Shown: positions 21,044 through 30,655 of the stretch, in pieces
Numbering within the stretch: position 1 is the stretch's first letter
Layout of the letters: each line of letters begins with the position of its first letter
DNA from: Anaerolineae bacterium
GTDB taxonomy: Bacteria; Chloroflexota; Anaerolineae; S140-20
Length of the DNA stretch: 64,000 bases
Reading direction: 5' to 3'
Assembly: GCA_027021705.1 (NCBI GenBank)
Contig: JALUTT010000120.1
Span: 1 to 64,000 of the forward strand
Notes under the pieces: model-generated
The model's input: only the letters and a program-made list of their open reading frames with translations
Told to the model about the DNA's origin: nothing
The model's database searches: none
Translations under genes and position numbers: made by a program

Positions 21044-21074
21044 GAGGCCGGGTCCCTGAAGAAGACCCGGCCTC
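21044..21074. terminator. Stem-loop between convergent genes
   Basis: GAGGCCGGGTC/GACCCGGCCTC perfect 11-bp stem; weak U-tract. Confidence 0.5.
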
Positions 21075-21143
21075 TGTCCTTTCGAAGGCTTCCTCTGGCT
21101 CGCGAGCCCGCCTATCCTCGCGGTGGGAGCGAGGGCCGTCGGT

Positions 21144-22067
21144 CTAGGGCTTTCGGATGAGGGGCCAGCCGTAGCGCTCGACGGCGAGGTTCAGCCACAG
21201 CCAGAGGACGAAGGGCCAACCCAGCCACCAGCCCCAGGGACCGATCCAGTTGGCAGAGAGAGGCAGCCAGGAGAGGACACTGGCGATCACCGCCGGGAGG
21301 GGCCGCAGGCGGGCGATGGCGGGGACCACCGGCAACAGGTTGTAGGGGATGAGGTGCGGCGTGAGGAAAGCGCCGCTCAGCATCAGCATGTCCACATCCC
21401 CTCGCGACAGCCAGAGCAGCGGCAGCGCGATGACAGCGCCGTAGATCCCCAGGCCGATGTCCTGCACATATCGCCCCTCGGCATAGTACCGGTTCACCGC
21501 GAGCGCCCGGAGGGGCCACGGCCCCCACACCAAGAGGCTGAGGCCCAGGAAGATGGCTAGGCCCAGCAGGTAGGACTTCCGGGCCCCGAAGGCGAAGATG
21601 GCGACCTGGGGCTTGATCAGGGCCAGCGGGGTGAGCCACGGCAATCCGAGGAGGCCGAGGAGGGCAATCCCTTCCAGTTGTCCCAGAAAGATGGTCCACA
21701 GCAGGGGGAGCGTCAGGAGGGGGAGGAGGGCGCTCAAAGGATGCTCTGATCGGATCAAGGCGGCCAGCGTCGTCGCGGCCAGCGTGATCCCAACCAGTCC
21801 GTGCCAGTTCAGCAGACGCACGATGGGCAGGGTCCACGGGGGGTAGAAAGGGGGGATCCGCCCGGCACTCCAGAAGTGCACCCAGTCGAAGCCCCTGAAA
21901 CGATCGGCGAAGAGGAGCGTGCTGGTCAGGTAGAACGGGCCGAAGAGGACGAAGAAAAGGAGAAGCTGGTGGGGAAGCGGGAAGGCGTTCCGGGTGGCCT
22001 GCTGCTCGGGGAACAGGCTGTGGGAGAGTCGGTCCAGCCGTTTGGCGATCTTCTGCAGCCCTGCCAT
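21144..22067 (-). CDS. Polytopic membrane protein, GT87/GT-C-like
   Basis: FYPPWT, LGQLEG, ALIKPQV and YNL motifs resemble GT87-type proteins; many TM helices. Confidence 0.55.
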   Translation of the reverse strand: MAGLQKIAKRLDRLSHSLFPEQQATRNAFPLPHQLLLFFVLFGPFYLTSTLLFADRFRGFDWVHFWSAGRIPPFYPPWTLPIVRLLNWHGLVGITLAATTLAALIRSEHPLSALLPLLTLPLLWTIFLGQLEGIALLGLLGLPWLTPLALIKPQVAIFAFGARKSYLLGLAIFLGLSLLVWGPWPLRALAVNRYYAEGRYVQDIGLGIYGAVIALPLLWLSRGDVDMLMLSGAFLTPHLIPYNLLPVVPAIARLRPLPAVIASVLSWLPLSANWIGPWGWWLGWPFVLWLWLNLAVERYGWPLIRKP

Positions 22068-22095
22068 CTCGCCTTCCGATTCACTCCTGGGCAGG

Positions 22096-22668
22096 TCACC
22101 GGTCCAAGGGCAGGATCTCCACCTCGACTTGGTCAGGAGCGAGGCGCAGGATGCCTACCGATGGAGAGGCCCAGGGGGTGGGGCAGACGGCTCCCGGATT
22201 GACGAAGAGTTGGTGGTCTACCCGCTCGACGCAGGGTTGATGGGAGTGGCCGAAGAGGATGATCTCCGCCTGGGGGAAGGCGCGGGCCAACCGGCGGATC
22301 AGGCGGCGGTTCACCGTGCCGTCGTCCAGCCGCCACCCCAGCAGGCTCTGGATGCCGTACCGCTTGTCCGTTAAGCTGTGCCAGAGGGAGAGGTGGCCGT
22401 GGGTGAGGAGCAGGCGATGGCCGTGGACCTCTAGGGGGAGGGCGAGGGGGAGGGCCCGATCGTTGGGAGCGAGGGCCTGGAAGTGGACGTTGCCCCGCAC
22501 ACCGAGGGTGGGGGCGATCCGGCCAAGCTGGGCCAGCACCTTCAGGTCGTCCACGTCGCCAGCGTGGAGGATCAGGTCCACGCCGGCCAGTTTCTCGAAG
22601 ACGGCGGGAGGCAGGGCGGCCAGCCGGTGGGGAATGTGGGTGTCCGAGATGAGGCCGATGCGGATCAC
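22096..22668 (-). CDS. YfcE/MJ0936-type metallophosphoesterase
   Basis: ISDTH, HAGD, RGNV, THGH, FGHSH, NPGA. Confidence 0.9.
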   Translation of the reverse strand: MIRIGLISDTHIPHRLAALPPAVFEKLAGVDLILHAGDVDDLKVLAQLGRIAPTLGVRGNVHFQALAPNDRALPLALPLEVHGHRLLLTHGHLSLWHSLTDKRYGIQSLLGWRLDDGTVNRRLIRRLARAFPQAEIILFGHSHQPCVERVDHQLFVNPGAVCPTPWASPSVGILRLAPDQVEVEILPLDR

Positions 22669-24101
22669 CGAGACCCTCCTGGCGCTTTCCCGGCCTTCTG
22701 GTACTCGATGATGCCGTTCTTCATCACAAGGGTCACCCGCTCCAGGGCCGTGATGTCGTGGAGGGGATCACCGGCGACGATGATGAGGTCGGCCGGTCGT
22801 GCCGGGGCCAGGGTGCCCAGCCGGTCGGCCAGGCCACAGAGCTCGGCGGCATTGCGGGTGGCGGTCTGGATCGCTTCGTAGGGGGAGAGGCCGTACTCGA
22901 CGTAGGTCGCCAGCTCGCGGGCGATCATCCCGTGGGGCATCAGCATCATCCCGCCGTTGGTGCCGGCAACGATGCGAATCCCGTAGGTGCGGGCCGTCTG
23001 GAGGTTGAGCCGCGTCGTCGTCTCTAGGTGCTCGGCCAGTCGGCGCACCGCCTCCTGGTAGCGGTGATCACGCTGCCAGCGGAGAGCTTGACGTCGAACG
23101 GCTGCGAAGCTTGGCCCGAAGAGCCGGACCAGGAGGGGATCGTCCAGACGCGAGGGGTCCCGGAGCACCTCGATGAGGTGGCGGTAGGCGTAGAGGGTGG
23201 GGACCAGGGTGGTCCCCTGACGGGCCATCTGCTCCCAAGTGGCATCCCCCAGGGTGCCGGGCCAGGTCAGCGCGTGCTCCAGGGAATCGCCGCCCAGGTT
23301 CAGGGCAATCTGCACCCCTTCCGGCTGGTGGGTGTGGAAGGCGACGGGAAGGCCGTGGCGATGGGCGGTCTGGACGAGGGTCTGGAGCAGCGGAGGGGGG
23401 AGAGCGGGCAGGACTTGTCCGAAGAGATCCTCCCCCGGCGCAATGGTTTTGAGGAATCGGACGCCTTGTCCGGCCAGTTGGGCGATGATCTCCTCCAGGT
23501 TGGTGTGGGAGGAGAGCAGCAGGCCGTGGGCAGGGTGGCCGAAATAGCCGCCGCGCATCGTGAGGGCCGGGCCGGCGTTGAGCAAGCGTGGTCCTCGCAG
23601 TCGTTGCTCCCGGATGACCCGTTCCAGGTCCAGGCCGCTGTAGCCGTAGCCGGGCATGTTGCGGACCGTCGTCACGCCGCTGCGCAGCGTCAACCAGGCG
23701 TTGCGGGCCAGCCGGCGCTTCAGCCGGTCGCGTAGGTCGGGGTAGGTTTCCAGCAAGCCGTTGAGGGCCAGGTGGACGTGGCAGTCGAAGAGGCCCGGCA
23801 GGACGGTACCCCCCTGACCGTCAATGACGTGGGCTCCGTCGGGAACAGGAACGTCATCCTTGGGACCGTAGCCGATAAGGTCACCCCCCTCGATGAGGAG
23901 GCGAGCACCATAGAGGGGCGGATTCTGACCGTCAAGCACCGTCACGTTGTCTAGGAGGATCGGCCCTGGTGGCCGGGGGAGGATCCGAGCCCGTGGAAAC
24001 TCCCCTCCCAGGAAGAGGGAGGGGAGCCATCGGCGGTAGAGAAACCAGCCTGCGATGAGGATCAGGAAGGTCAGGATGATCAGCAAGACGATGAGTAGCA
24101 T
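22665..24101 (-). CDS. Membrane-anchored amidohydrolase family protein
   Basis: N-terminal TM; PGLFDCHVH, GVTTVR, LEHA, GTLAPARPADL. Confidence 0.85.
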   Translation of the reverse strand: MLLIVLLIILTFLILIAGWFLYRRWLPSLFLGGEFPRARILPRPPGPILLDNVTVLDGQNPPLYGARLLIEGGDLIGYGPKDDVPVPDGAHVIDGQGGTVLPGLFDCHVHLALNGLLETYPDLRDRLKRRLARNAWLTLRSGVTTVRNMPGYGYSGLDLERVIREQRLRGPRLLNAGPALTMRGGYFGHPAHGLLLSSHTNLEEIIAQLAGQGVRFLKTIAPGEDLFGQVLPALPPPLLQTLVQTAHRHGLPVAFHTHQPEGVQIALNLGGDSLEHALTWPGTLGDATWEQMARQGTTLVPTLYAYRHLIEVLRDPSRLDDPLLVRLFGPSFAAVRRQALRWQRDHRYQEAVRRLAEHLETTTRLNLQTARTYGIRIVAGTNGGMMLMPHGMIARELATYVEYGLSPYEAIQTATRNAAELCGLADRLGTLAPARPADLIIVAGDPLHDITALERVTLVMKNGIIEYQKAGKAPGGSR

Positions 24102-24192
24102 CGCGCCGTCCTTGACAGGATGAGTGTGTCAGCTGGCTGTACAAGCTGTGCACTGAGGCGGAGCCACCGGGCGATCAAAGTGCAATGGCCTG

Positions 24193-24765
24193 TCAGGCCG
24201 ATTCCCGGTTGGCTCGTGCCTCGGACAACATCTTGTGAATCTCCATATCCAGCATTCGCTCGATCAGCGATTTACGGAACCCTGCCACACGTTCCATCGC
24301 TATGATATAGTTCTGGAAGTATCCCTCTGCGATCAGCCCTGCCACGACATCGGTGACCCGCTTGAAGGCGCTGTAGACCTTTTCAGCCTGAGGAGGATCG
24401 AACTCCTGAAGGCACTTGTGGAGAAAGAGCTGTTGAACACGGCTCATCATCCCGAACATAAAGGGGTTTGAAATACCGCGAGGAATGTGCACCAGTCCTA
24501 CGATCCATTGCCATCGCCAGAATTCGGGCGAGAGATCGCCTCTCACCACGGTCAGATACCAATTCCGCAGGGTGCGCTCCCGTTCGGGGCGCTCGCCTTC
24601 CTTGAAGACCCTTGCTGTGGGTTCATAGGCAAACAGGGTGTCGTAGAATGCCTTCACGATCTCGTCCGCCCATTTCTCGGTTTGCGGGGCGGATTCGCGC
24701 AAGATCTGGCTGTCCTGCTCGGAAAGGCCGGTGAGGGTGATGAGGTCTTGAAGAATCTGCTCCAT
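24193..24765 (-). CDS. Stand-alone protoglobin/sensor-globin domain protein
   Basis: GLSEQD...IVKAFYD..., VGLVH (proximal His), AFKR; SD AGGAGA before MEQIL. Confidence 0.75.
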   Translation of the reverse strand: MEQILQDLITLTGLSEQDSQILRESAPQTEKWADEIVKAFYDTLFAYEPTARVFKEGERPERERTLRNWYLTVVRGDLSPEFWRWQWIVGLVHIPRGISNPFMFGMMSRVQQLFLHKCLQEFDPPQAEKVYSAFKRVTDVVAGLIAEGYFQNYIIAMERVAGFRKSLIERMLDMEIHKMLSEARANRESA

Positions 24766-24828
24766 AGTATGTCTCCTTGTGATGTCTCCCTTGCGATGTG
24801 ATCTGTGATCTCGTGGATTGGTGCTCAT

Positions 24829-25260
24829 CTACGGGTCAGTTCCAACGCCGTCGGTATCGTCTGCCTCCTGTTCGCGGTAGGCCACCCGACCCTCCCACAG
24901 GGCCAGGGCCGGAGAGCGCTCCGGGTGACGGACGTCGTAGACGACGATCCCTTTTTCCCGCACCTCGCCGAGCAGGCTCAGGGGGCTGGCCTGGGTGTAC
25001 TCTTCGGGGGTCAGCCCGATCGGTTCGACGGCGTGCGTTGCTGCCTCCCAGGCTATCCGCTCCAGCCACTCCAGGCGTGCAACTCGGTCCAGGCCGGCAA
25101 AGGCCGGAGAGAGCACGACAACGTCTATATCGCTCCACCGATGGGGCCGACCGTAAGCGAATGAACCGAATAGGATGACCTGCTCAACCTCCAGTTCGCG
25201 GCTAAGCCGGGCGATGAAGCGCTCGATCTGCTCGGTCACGAAATCCGGTCGCGTACCCAT
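24829..25260 (-). CDS. Minimal nucleotidyltransferase (MNT antitoxin-like)
   Basis: LFGSFAYG...SDIDV. Confidence 0.88.
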   Translation of the reverse strand: MGTRPDFVTEQIERFIARLSRELEVEQVILFGSFAYGRPHRWSDIDVVVLSPAFAGLDRVARLEWLERIAWEAATHAVEPIGLTPEEYTQASPLSLLGEVREKGIVVYDVRHPERSPALALWEGRVAYREQEADDTDGVGTDP

Positions 25261-25625
25261 TCCAGCACCAGGTCCATCTGTCTCAGCAACCGTTGCGCCC
25301 GCGAAGCCGTGTAGACGTCCGGGCTGTCGGCCACCCCCGGGTACCGGGTCGCTCGGTAGTGGGGGTTGAGGCTCAACACGGCGTCAACGATGGAAGCCGG
25401 CGCAGATCGGCCTACGGCCTGGTCCAGCAGTTGGCGCAAGTTGTGCACATATGGCGGTCGCTGACCGGTGGAGTGTACAACCAGGGCCTTCAGCGCTTTC
25501 TCCACGGCCTGCTGGCAGTGGAAGGCCACGTCTCGATAATCGGCGACGGCGAGGGCGCTGTAAGCGCTGTGGCGGTCGGCCTCGGCGTACTCCAGCCAGA
25601 CTCGGGCATCGGTCTCGGCGCTCAT
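25236..25625 (-). CDS. HEPN domain protein
   Basis: [19 protein letters not shown]. Confidence 0.88.
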   Translation of the reverse strand: MSAETDARVWLEYAEADRHSAYSALAVADYRDVAFHCQQAVEKALKALVVHSTGQRPPYVHNLRQLLDQAVGRSAPASIVDAVLSLNPHYRATRYPGVADSPDVYTASRAQRLLRQMDLVLEWVRDRIS

Positions 25626-27085
25626 AGGGGAGGCCTCCGGGTGTGCCAGTCCGTGGCCTGCTGATAGGCGTAGGCGACCCGCAGGACGACCTCTTCCCCC
25701 AGGGCCGGCCCCATCACCTGCATCCCGATGGGCAACCCCTGCCGGTCGAAGCCGCAGGGGAGGCTCACCCCGCCGATGCCGGCCAGGTTCATCGAGAGGG
25801 TGAAGACGTCGGAGAGGTACATCTGGAGCGGGTCATCCACCTTCTCGCCGATGCGGAAGGCGGTGGTCGGCGTGACCGGGGCCACGATGACGTCCACCTG
25901 CCGGAAGGCCCGGTCGAAGTCCCCCTTGATGAGGGTGCGCACCTTCTGCGCCCGCAGGTAGTAGGCGTCGTAGTAGCCGGCCGAGAGGGCGTAGGTGCCC
26001 AGCATAATCCGCCGCTTGACCTCGGCCCCGAACCCCCGGCCCCGCGTCTGACGGTAGGTCTCCCACATGTCCTCCGCCTCCACCCGCAGACCATAGCGCA
26101 CGCCGTCGTAGCGGGCCAGGTTGGCGCTGGCCTCGGCCGGGGCGATGAGGTAGTAGACGGGAAGGGCGTAGTCGGTGTGGGGCAGGCTGACCTCCCGGAC
26201 CTCGGCCCCCAGATCGACCAGCACGTCCAGGGCGGCCCGCACCGCCTCTTCGACTTCGGGCTGCATCCCCTCGATGAAGTACTCCCGGGGCACGCCGATG
26301 CGGAGGCCCTCCAGCCCCTCCGGGCTCCTCCGCAGGGCGTCCACGTAGTCGGGCACCGGCTTGTCCAGGGAGGTGGCGTCGTTGGGATCGTGGCCGGCGA
26401 TGACGCCCAAGAGCAGGGCGGCGTCCAGCACATCCTTGGTCAGCACGCCGATCTGGTCCAGGGAGGAGGCGAAGGCGACGAGGCCGTAGCGGGAGACCCG
26501 CCCGTAGGTGGGCTTGAGGCCGACGACGCCGCAGAGGGCGGCCGGCTGGCGGACGCTCCCGCCGGTGTCCGTCCCCAGCGCCCCCAAGCATTCATCGGCG
26601 GCCACCGCAGCCGCGCTCCCCCCGCTGCTCCCCCCCGGCACCCGGTCCAGGTCCCAGGGGTTGTGGGTGGGGAAGAAGGCGGAGTTCTCGGTGCTGGAGC
26701 CCATGGCGAACTCGTCGGTATTGGTCTTGCCCAGCAGGACGGCGCCGGCCGCCTTTAGCCGAGCCACGGCGGTGGCGTCGTAGGGCGGGACGAAATCCTC
26801 CAGGATGCGGGAGCCGCAGGTGGTGGGTATGCCCTGGGTACAGATGACATCCTTGATGGCCAGAGGGATGCCCAAGAGCGGGGCATCTTCGCCGGCTGCC
26901 CGCCGGGCGTCGGCCTGCCGGGCCTGCCCCAGCGCCGCCTCCGGCGTCAGCGTCAGGTAAGCCTTCACCCGGTTGTCCACCGCCAGGATGCGGTCCAGGA
27001 CCGCCTCGGTCAGTTCGACCGAGGAGACCTCCCCGGCGGCCAGCTTCTCCAGAGCTTCGTGGATGGTCAAGCGATAGAGGTCCAT
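25622..27085 (-). CDS. gatA: Glu/Asp-tRNA amidotransferase subunit A
   Basis: [44 protein letters not shown]. Confidence 0.97.
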   Translation of the reverse strand: MDLYRLTIHEALEKLAAGEVSSVELTEAVLDRILAVDNRVKAYLTLTPEAALGQARQADARRAAGEDAPLLGIPLAIKDVICTQGIPTTCGSRILEDFVPPYDATAVARLKAAGAVLLGKTNTDEFAMGSSTENSAFFPTHNPWDLDRVPGGSSGGSAAAVAADECLGALGTDTGGSVRQPAALCGVVGLKPTYGRVSRYGLVAFASSLDQIGVLTKDVLDAALLLGVIAGHDPNDATSLDKPVPDYVDALRRSPEGLEGLRIGVPREYFIEGMQPEVEEAVRAALDVLVDLGAEVREVSLPHTDYALPVYYLIAPAEASANLARYDGVRYGLRVEAEDMWETYRQTRGRGFGAEVKRRIMLGTYALSAGYYDAYYLRAQKVRTLIKGDFDRAFRQVDVIVAPVTPTTAFRIGEKVDDPLQMYLSDVFTLSMNLAGIGGVSLPCGFDRQGLPIGMQVMGPALGEEVVLRVAYAYQQATDWHTRRPPL

Positions 27086-27139
27086 CGTTCGGGATCTGCC
27101 GTTGGCGATTCGTGGCATTGGGTTGTCCGTCCTGGGTGC

Positions 27140-27940
27140 TCAGGATGAGGAAGCGATGAGGGATTCGACGACGGCGATAAACTCGGCGGCCTGGGCGATG
27201 ATCTCCTCCACTTCCTCGACGGAGAAGTCCCGACGGCGTTCGTAGTCGGCCTCCAGCCGCCATTTGCGGGCCCGCTGAAACCAGCGGCTGTACTTGCGGT
27301 CCACCAGCCCTGGCCGGATGAAGTGGAAACCGAAGCGGTCCAACGTGCCCGCGTGGGAGCGGGTGCGGATGCCCCGCGCGGCCAGAGCGGCGTCGGCGGC
27401 ATCCAGGAAGGCGTAGAAGACCAAGGAGATCGCGTTGCCCAAGTCACCGGCATCCTTCAGGAGGCGTGCAGAGCGCAGCCGTATGTGGGCCGACTCCAGG
27501 AAATGACGGGCTGTGGCCTCCGGTTGTCCCTCTTCAACCATCACCGGCTCCCCTTTCAGCACGATGCCCTCTTCGGCCACGTTGAGGATCAGGGGAGTGC
27601 CCAGAGCCGTGGCCTTGATCAGTTCCTCGCGATCATAGAGCAGCGGGGTGATCTCCACCCCCCATGTCTCTTCGACCTCGATGGCCAGGTCCGTCACCTG
27701 ACGGCGTATGGCCGGCGTGCGGTGGTCCACCACCAGCAACAGGTCCAGATCCGATCCGGGCCGGCCCTCCCCCCGCGCCCAGGAGCCGAAGAGGATGCAG
27801 CGCTCGACCCGGCCCGGCAGCGTGCTCTCCAGCCGGTTCAGGAAGTCGGTCAACGCCCTTCGTTCTCGCTCTCCCATCGCTGAGGGGAGGGGAAGGGTGT
27901 CGGCTTTCCGGACAGGGGATGGGATGGCCCGGATGCTCAT
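27140..27940 (-). CDS. Fused MNT-HEPN protein
   Basis: N-half LFGSWARG...SDLDLL; C-half AIS..FYAF, RSHAG, RLEADY. Confidence 0.88.
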   Translation of the reverse strand: MSIRAIPSPVRKADTLPLPSAMGERERRALTDFLNRLESTLPGRVERCILFGSWARGEGRPGSDLDLLLVVDHRTPAIRRQVTDLAIEVEETWGVEITPLLYDREELIKATALGTPLILNVAEEGIVLKGEPVMVEEGQPEATARHFLESAHIRLRSARLLKDAGDLGNAISLVFYAFLDAADAALAARGIRTRSHAGTLDRFGFHFIRPGLVDRKYSRWFQRARKWRLEADYERRRDFSVEEVEEIIAQAAEFIAVVESLIASSS

Positions 27941-28233
27941 ACGGTGGTCTCCAGAACCGCCTGGACGCGGAAACAGCCCTCTTCGGCGTCGGGTGCGTTG
28001 GCCAGGATCTCCTCACGGGGTGGGGAGGGGCGGGGCTCGTCCGAACGCATCACGCTGCGCAGGGGCAGCACCGTGGCCGTGGGCGGGATGGCCTCGGTGT
28101 CCAACTCCTGCAGGCGGGCCGCGTAATCCAGGATGGCGGAAAGCTGCTCCTGGTAGAGGGCCTTCTCCTCATCGGTCAGCGCCAGACGAGCCAGCTCGGC
28201 GATATGTTCCACTTCGGCCAGGGTCAGAGGCAT
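27937..28233 (-). CDS. gatC: Glu/Asp-tRNA amidotransferase subunit C
   Basis: [11 protein letters not shown]...LSAILDY...LANAP...FRVQAVL. Confidence 0.95.
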   Translation of the reverse strand: MPLTLAEVEHIAELARLALTDEEKALYQEQLSAILDYAARLQELDTEAIPPTATVLPLRSVMRSDEPRPSPPREEILANAPDAEEGCFRVQAVLETTV

Positions 28234-28434
28234 CGGCTTCCTCCCGTTGATAAGGGCTTCGCAGCACTACGCCGATTATAGCCGCAACCGCCGATCTCGT
28301 CAACCACTCCCATAGCAATCTCCGTAGAGGGTAAGCCGATCTTGTTGGTGAGGGCGCTTGATAGGGCAGGGATTTCTGCTATAATAGGCGTCAGCGTACA
28401 GAATGTCGCTGCAGGGTTTCCAGCGGGTGAGATC

Positions 28435-28920
28435 ATGCACGGCCAGGAAGAGATGCTTGCGCAAATACGGGAAGAGGGGCTGCTGGTACGGATGGTGGTC
28501 CACCCAGATGCCTGCCCCGTCTGTAAGCAGTTCACGGACAAGGTTTACTTCCCCGACGAAGCCCCATCTTTGCCCATTCAGGGGTGCCTGCGGGGATCGT
28601 GCCGATGCCGTTATGGTGCATTCGATCCTGATGGCCCCTCGTTGGAGGAACTGCTGCGGTTGGGGATCGCTGCGGCGAAGAATGGACAGAAAGAAGAGGC
28701 TCAGGAGTACCTCTTCACGCTCCTGCGGGCCGACTGGTACCACGAGCAGGGATGGTTGTGGCTGAGCGCGGTGGTGGACACAGCCGAGGAACGGCTGGAG
28801 TGCCTGCAGCAGGTCCTGGTGATCAATCCCGATAACCAGGTCGCGCAACGAGGGGTGGAGCTCCTCCAGGCGAAGTTGAACAGAGGTGTGGAGAGCGAGG
28901 GCGATGCCGGTGAGCCCTGA
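28435..28920 (+). CDS. Cys-rich (MuF-C-terminus-like) domain plus TPR protein
   Basis: CPVC...LPIQGC...CRCRY followed by a WLWLS...NPDN TPR; TGCTATAAT upstream at ~28377. Confidence 0.6.
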   Translation: MHGQEEMLAQIREEGLLVRMVVHPDACPVCKQFTDKVYFPDEAPSLPIQGCLRGSCRCRYGAFDPDGPSLEELLRLGIAAAKNGQKEEAQEYLFTLLRADWYHEQGWLWLSAVVDTAEERLECLQQVLVINPDNQVAQRGVELLQAKLNRGVESEGDAGEP

Positions 28921-29908
28921 TCCCCCCTCCGACCGGTTGGCGAAAGCGATCCGGTTGGCGGAGGAGGGCCGGAGAGAAGAGGCGCGGGAACTGTTGCACC
29001 AGCATCTCCGTATATCGCCCCACGATGAGGCGGCCTGGCTCTGGCTGAGCCGGTGGGCGAAGAAACGGGAAGAACGGGCAGCTCTGCTGCGCCAAGTGCT
29101 ACGGATCAACCCGGACAACCGGACGGCCCGGCGGGAACTCTGGGCCCTCCAGCAGAGGGCCAACCCCGGCCTGCAGACGGTGGCAGATCCCCCTTCAGAC
29201 CTGGGGCTCCTGGCGGCCTGGGGAGCGATGCTGACCTTTCCCCCCCGGCGCACCTGTCTGCTCCTGCGCCGGAGGGCCAGTGTAGGACGGGGCATCGCAG
29301 GGGTCCTGTTGGCCGCTTTCCTGGCCTCCCTGGGGGGCAGCCTGGTGATCACCTTGGTCATCGCCTTGGGAGTGGCTGCACCCTTCCACCTGATTGGCGG
29401 GGGAGCGGGATGGCGGCTTGCCCTCCGGACGGTCTGGATGCCTGCCGGGGTGGGGGTGGCCTACCTCCCCCTGCGTTGGGGGCTCTACCTGCGCTACCTG
29501 CTTCTAGGGACGGGGGTTGGGGGCCTTGGGGGGACCTTCGTCCTCTTCACCTATGCGGGAACCACCTACCTCTTGATCCGCCTCCTGAGCCGAGATACGC
29601 GCTGGTTGGGGTGGATTTCCTTCAAAGAGCACTTCTACCTCCAGTCCCTCTTCTTCGCCCCTTTGCTCTTCATCGTCGCCACTTTCTTCCACATCGTGGA
29701 CTACGGTCCCTATGGGCTGACCATGCTGGCTGAGCCCCACCTGGCCCAGGTCTGGCGGGCTGCCATCCGCCCCCTCTTGGACTACGGGCTGTTGTTGGCA
29801 GGGTTGGCCGGCTTCTACGCGGTGGTGCTCACCATCTGGACTCTGTACGCGACGCTAAGCTTGCCTCCCCTCCGCGCCCCCCACCGGCGTCCTACCGGTG
29901 TGGCCTAG
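28904..29908 (+). CDS. TPR plus multi-TM (Yip1-like) membrane protein
   Basis: N-terminal WLWLS...NPDN TPR then several hydrophobic segments. Confidence 0.6.
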   Translation: MPVSPDPPSDRLAKAIRLAEEGRREEARELLHQHLRISPHDEAAWLWLSRWAKKREERAALLRQVLRINPDNRTARRELWALQQRANPGLQTVADPPSDLGLLAAWGAMLTFPPRRTCLLLRRRASVGRGIAGVLLAAFLASLGGSLVITLVIALGVAAPFHLIGGGAGWRLALRTVWMPAGVGVAYLPLRWGLYLRYLLLGTGVGGLGGTFVLFTYAGTTYLLIRLLSRDTRWLGWISFKEHFYLQSLFFAPLLFIVATFFHIVDYGPYGLTMLAEPHLAQVWRAAIRPLLDYGLLLAGLAGFYAVVLTIWTLYATLSLPPLRAPHRRPTGVA

Positions 29909-30007
29909 CGGGCAGGGCGGCTCACCGGGCCGCTCGGGGCAAGCAGAGCCCCTGACCTCCCATCGAGGAGACCAGGGGCTTGAAGTTCCGTCTAGGGTTG
30001 GCTCCGG

Positions 30008-30637
30008 TTACGACTCCTCGGTCTTCAGCGGCTCCCCTTTCAGCGGCTCCAGGACGTGGTCCACCAGCCCGTACTCTTTGGCGGCCTGGGCGTCCATATA
30101 GAAATCCCGCTCGGTGTCCTGCTCGATCCGTTCCAGCGGCTGTCTCGTATGGTGGGCCAGGATGCGGTTCAACCGCTCTCGCAGGCGCAGGATCTCCTTG
30201 GCTTGGATCTCGATGTCGGTGGCCTGACCCGACGCCCCACCCCACGGTTGGTGGGTGTGGATGGTGGCGTGGGGGAGGGCATAACGTCGGCCTGGCGCAC
30301 CCGCCGCCAGCAGTACCGTCCCCATACTCGCCGTCATCCCCACCGCGAAGGTGGAGATCGGGGCCTGGATCATCTGCATCGTGTCGTAGATGGCCAGCCC
30401 TGCGTAGATGGACCCCCCGGGGCAGTTGATGTACATCTGGATCTCTTTCTCCGGGTCCTCCCGGTTCAGGAAGAGGAGCTGGGCCACGATCAGGTTGGCT
30501 ACTTGATCGTTGATGGGCGTTCCCAGGAAGACGATTCGCTCTTTCAAGAGCAGCGAGTAGATGTCGTAGGCGCGTTCGCCACGCCCGGTGCTCTCGATGA
30601 CCATTGGAATCAAGTTGTAAAGCTCCCCACTGCGCAT
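30008..30637 (-). CDS. clpP: ATP-dependent Clp protease proteolytic subunit
   Basis: [18 protein letters not shown] (Ser), HQP (His), RDFYM (Asp). Confidence 0.96.
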   Translation of the reverse strand: MRSGELYNLIPMVIESTGRGERAYDIYSLLLKERIVFLGTPINDQVANLIVAQLLFLNREDPEKEIQMYINCPGGSIYAGLAIYDTMQMIQAPISTFAVGMTASMGTVLLAAGAPGRRYALPHATIHTHQPWGGASGQATDIEIQAKEILRLRERLNRILAHHTRQPLERIEQDTERDFYMDAQAAKEYGLVDHVLEPLKGEPLKTEES

Positions 30638-30655
30638 CGCACACTCCTTGGCCTC

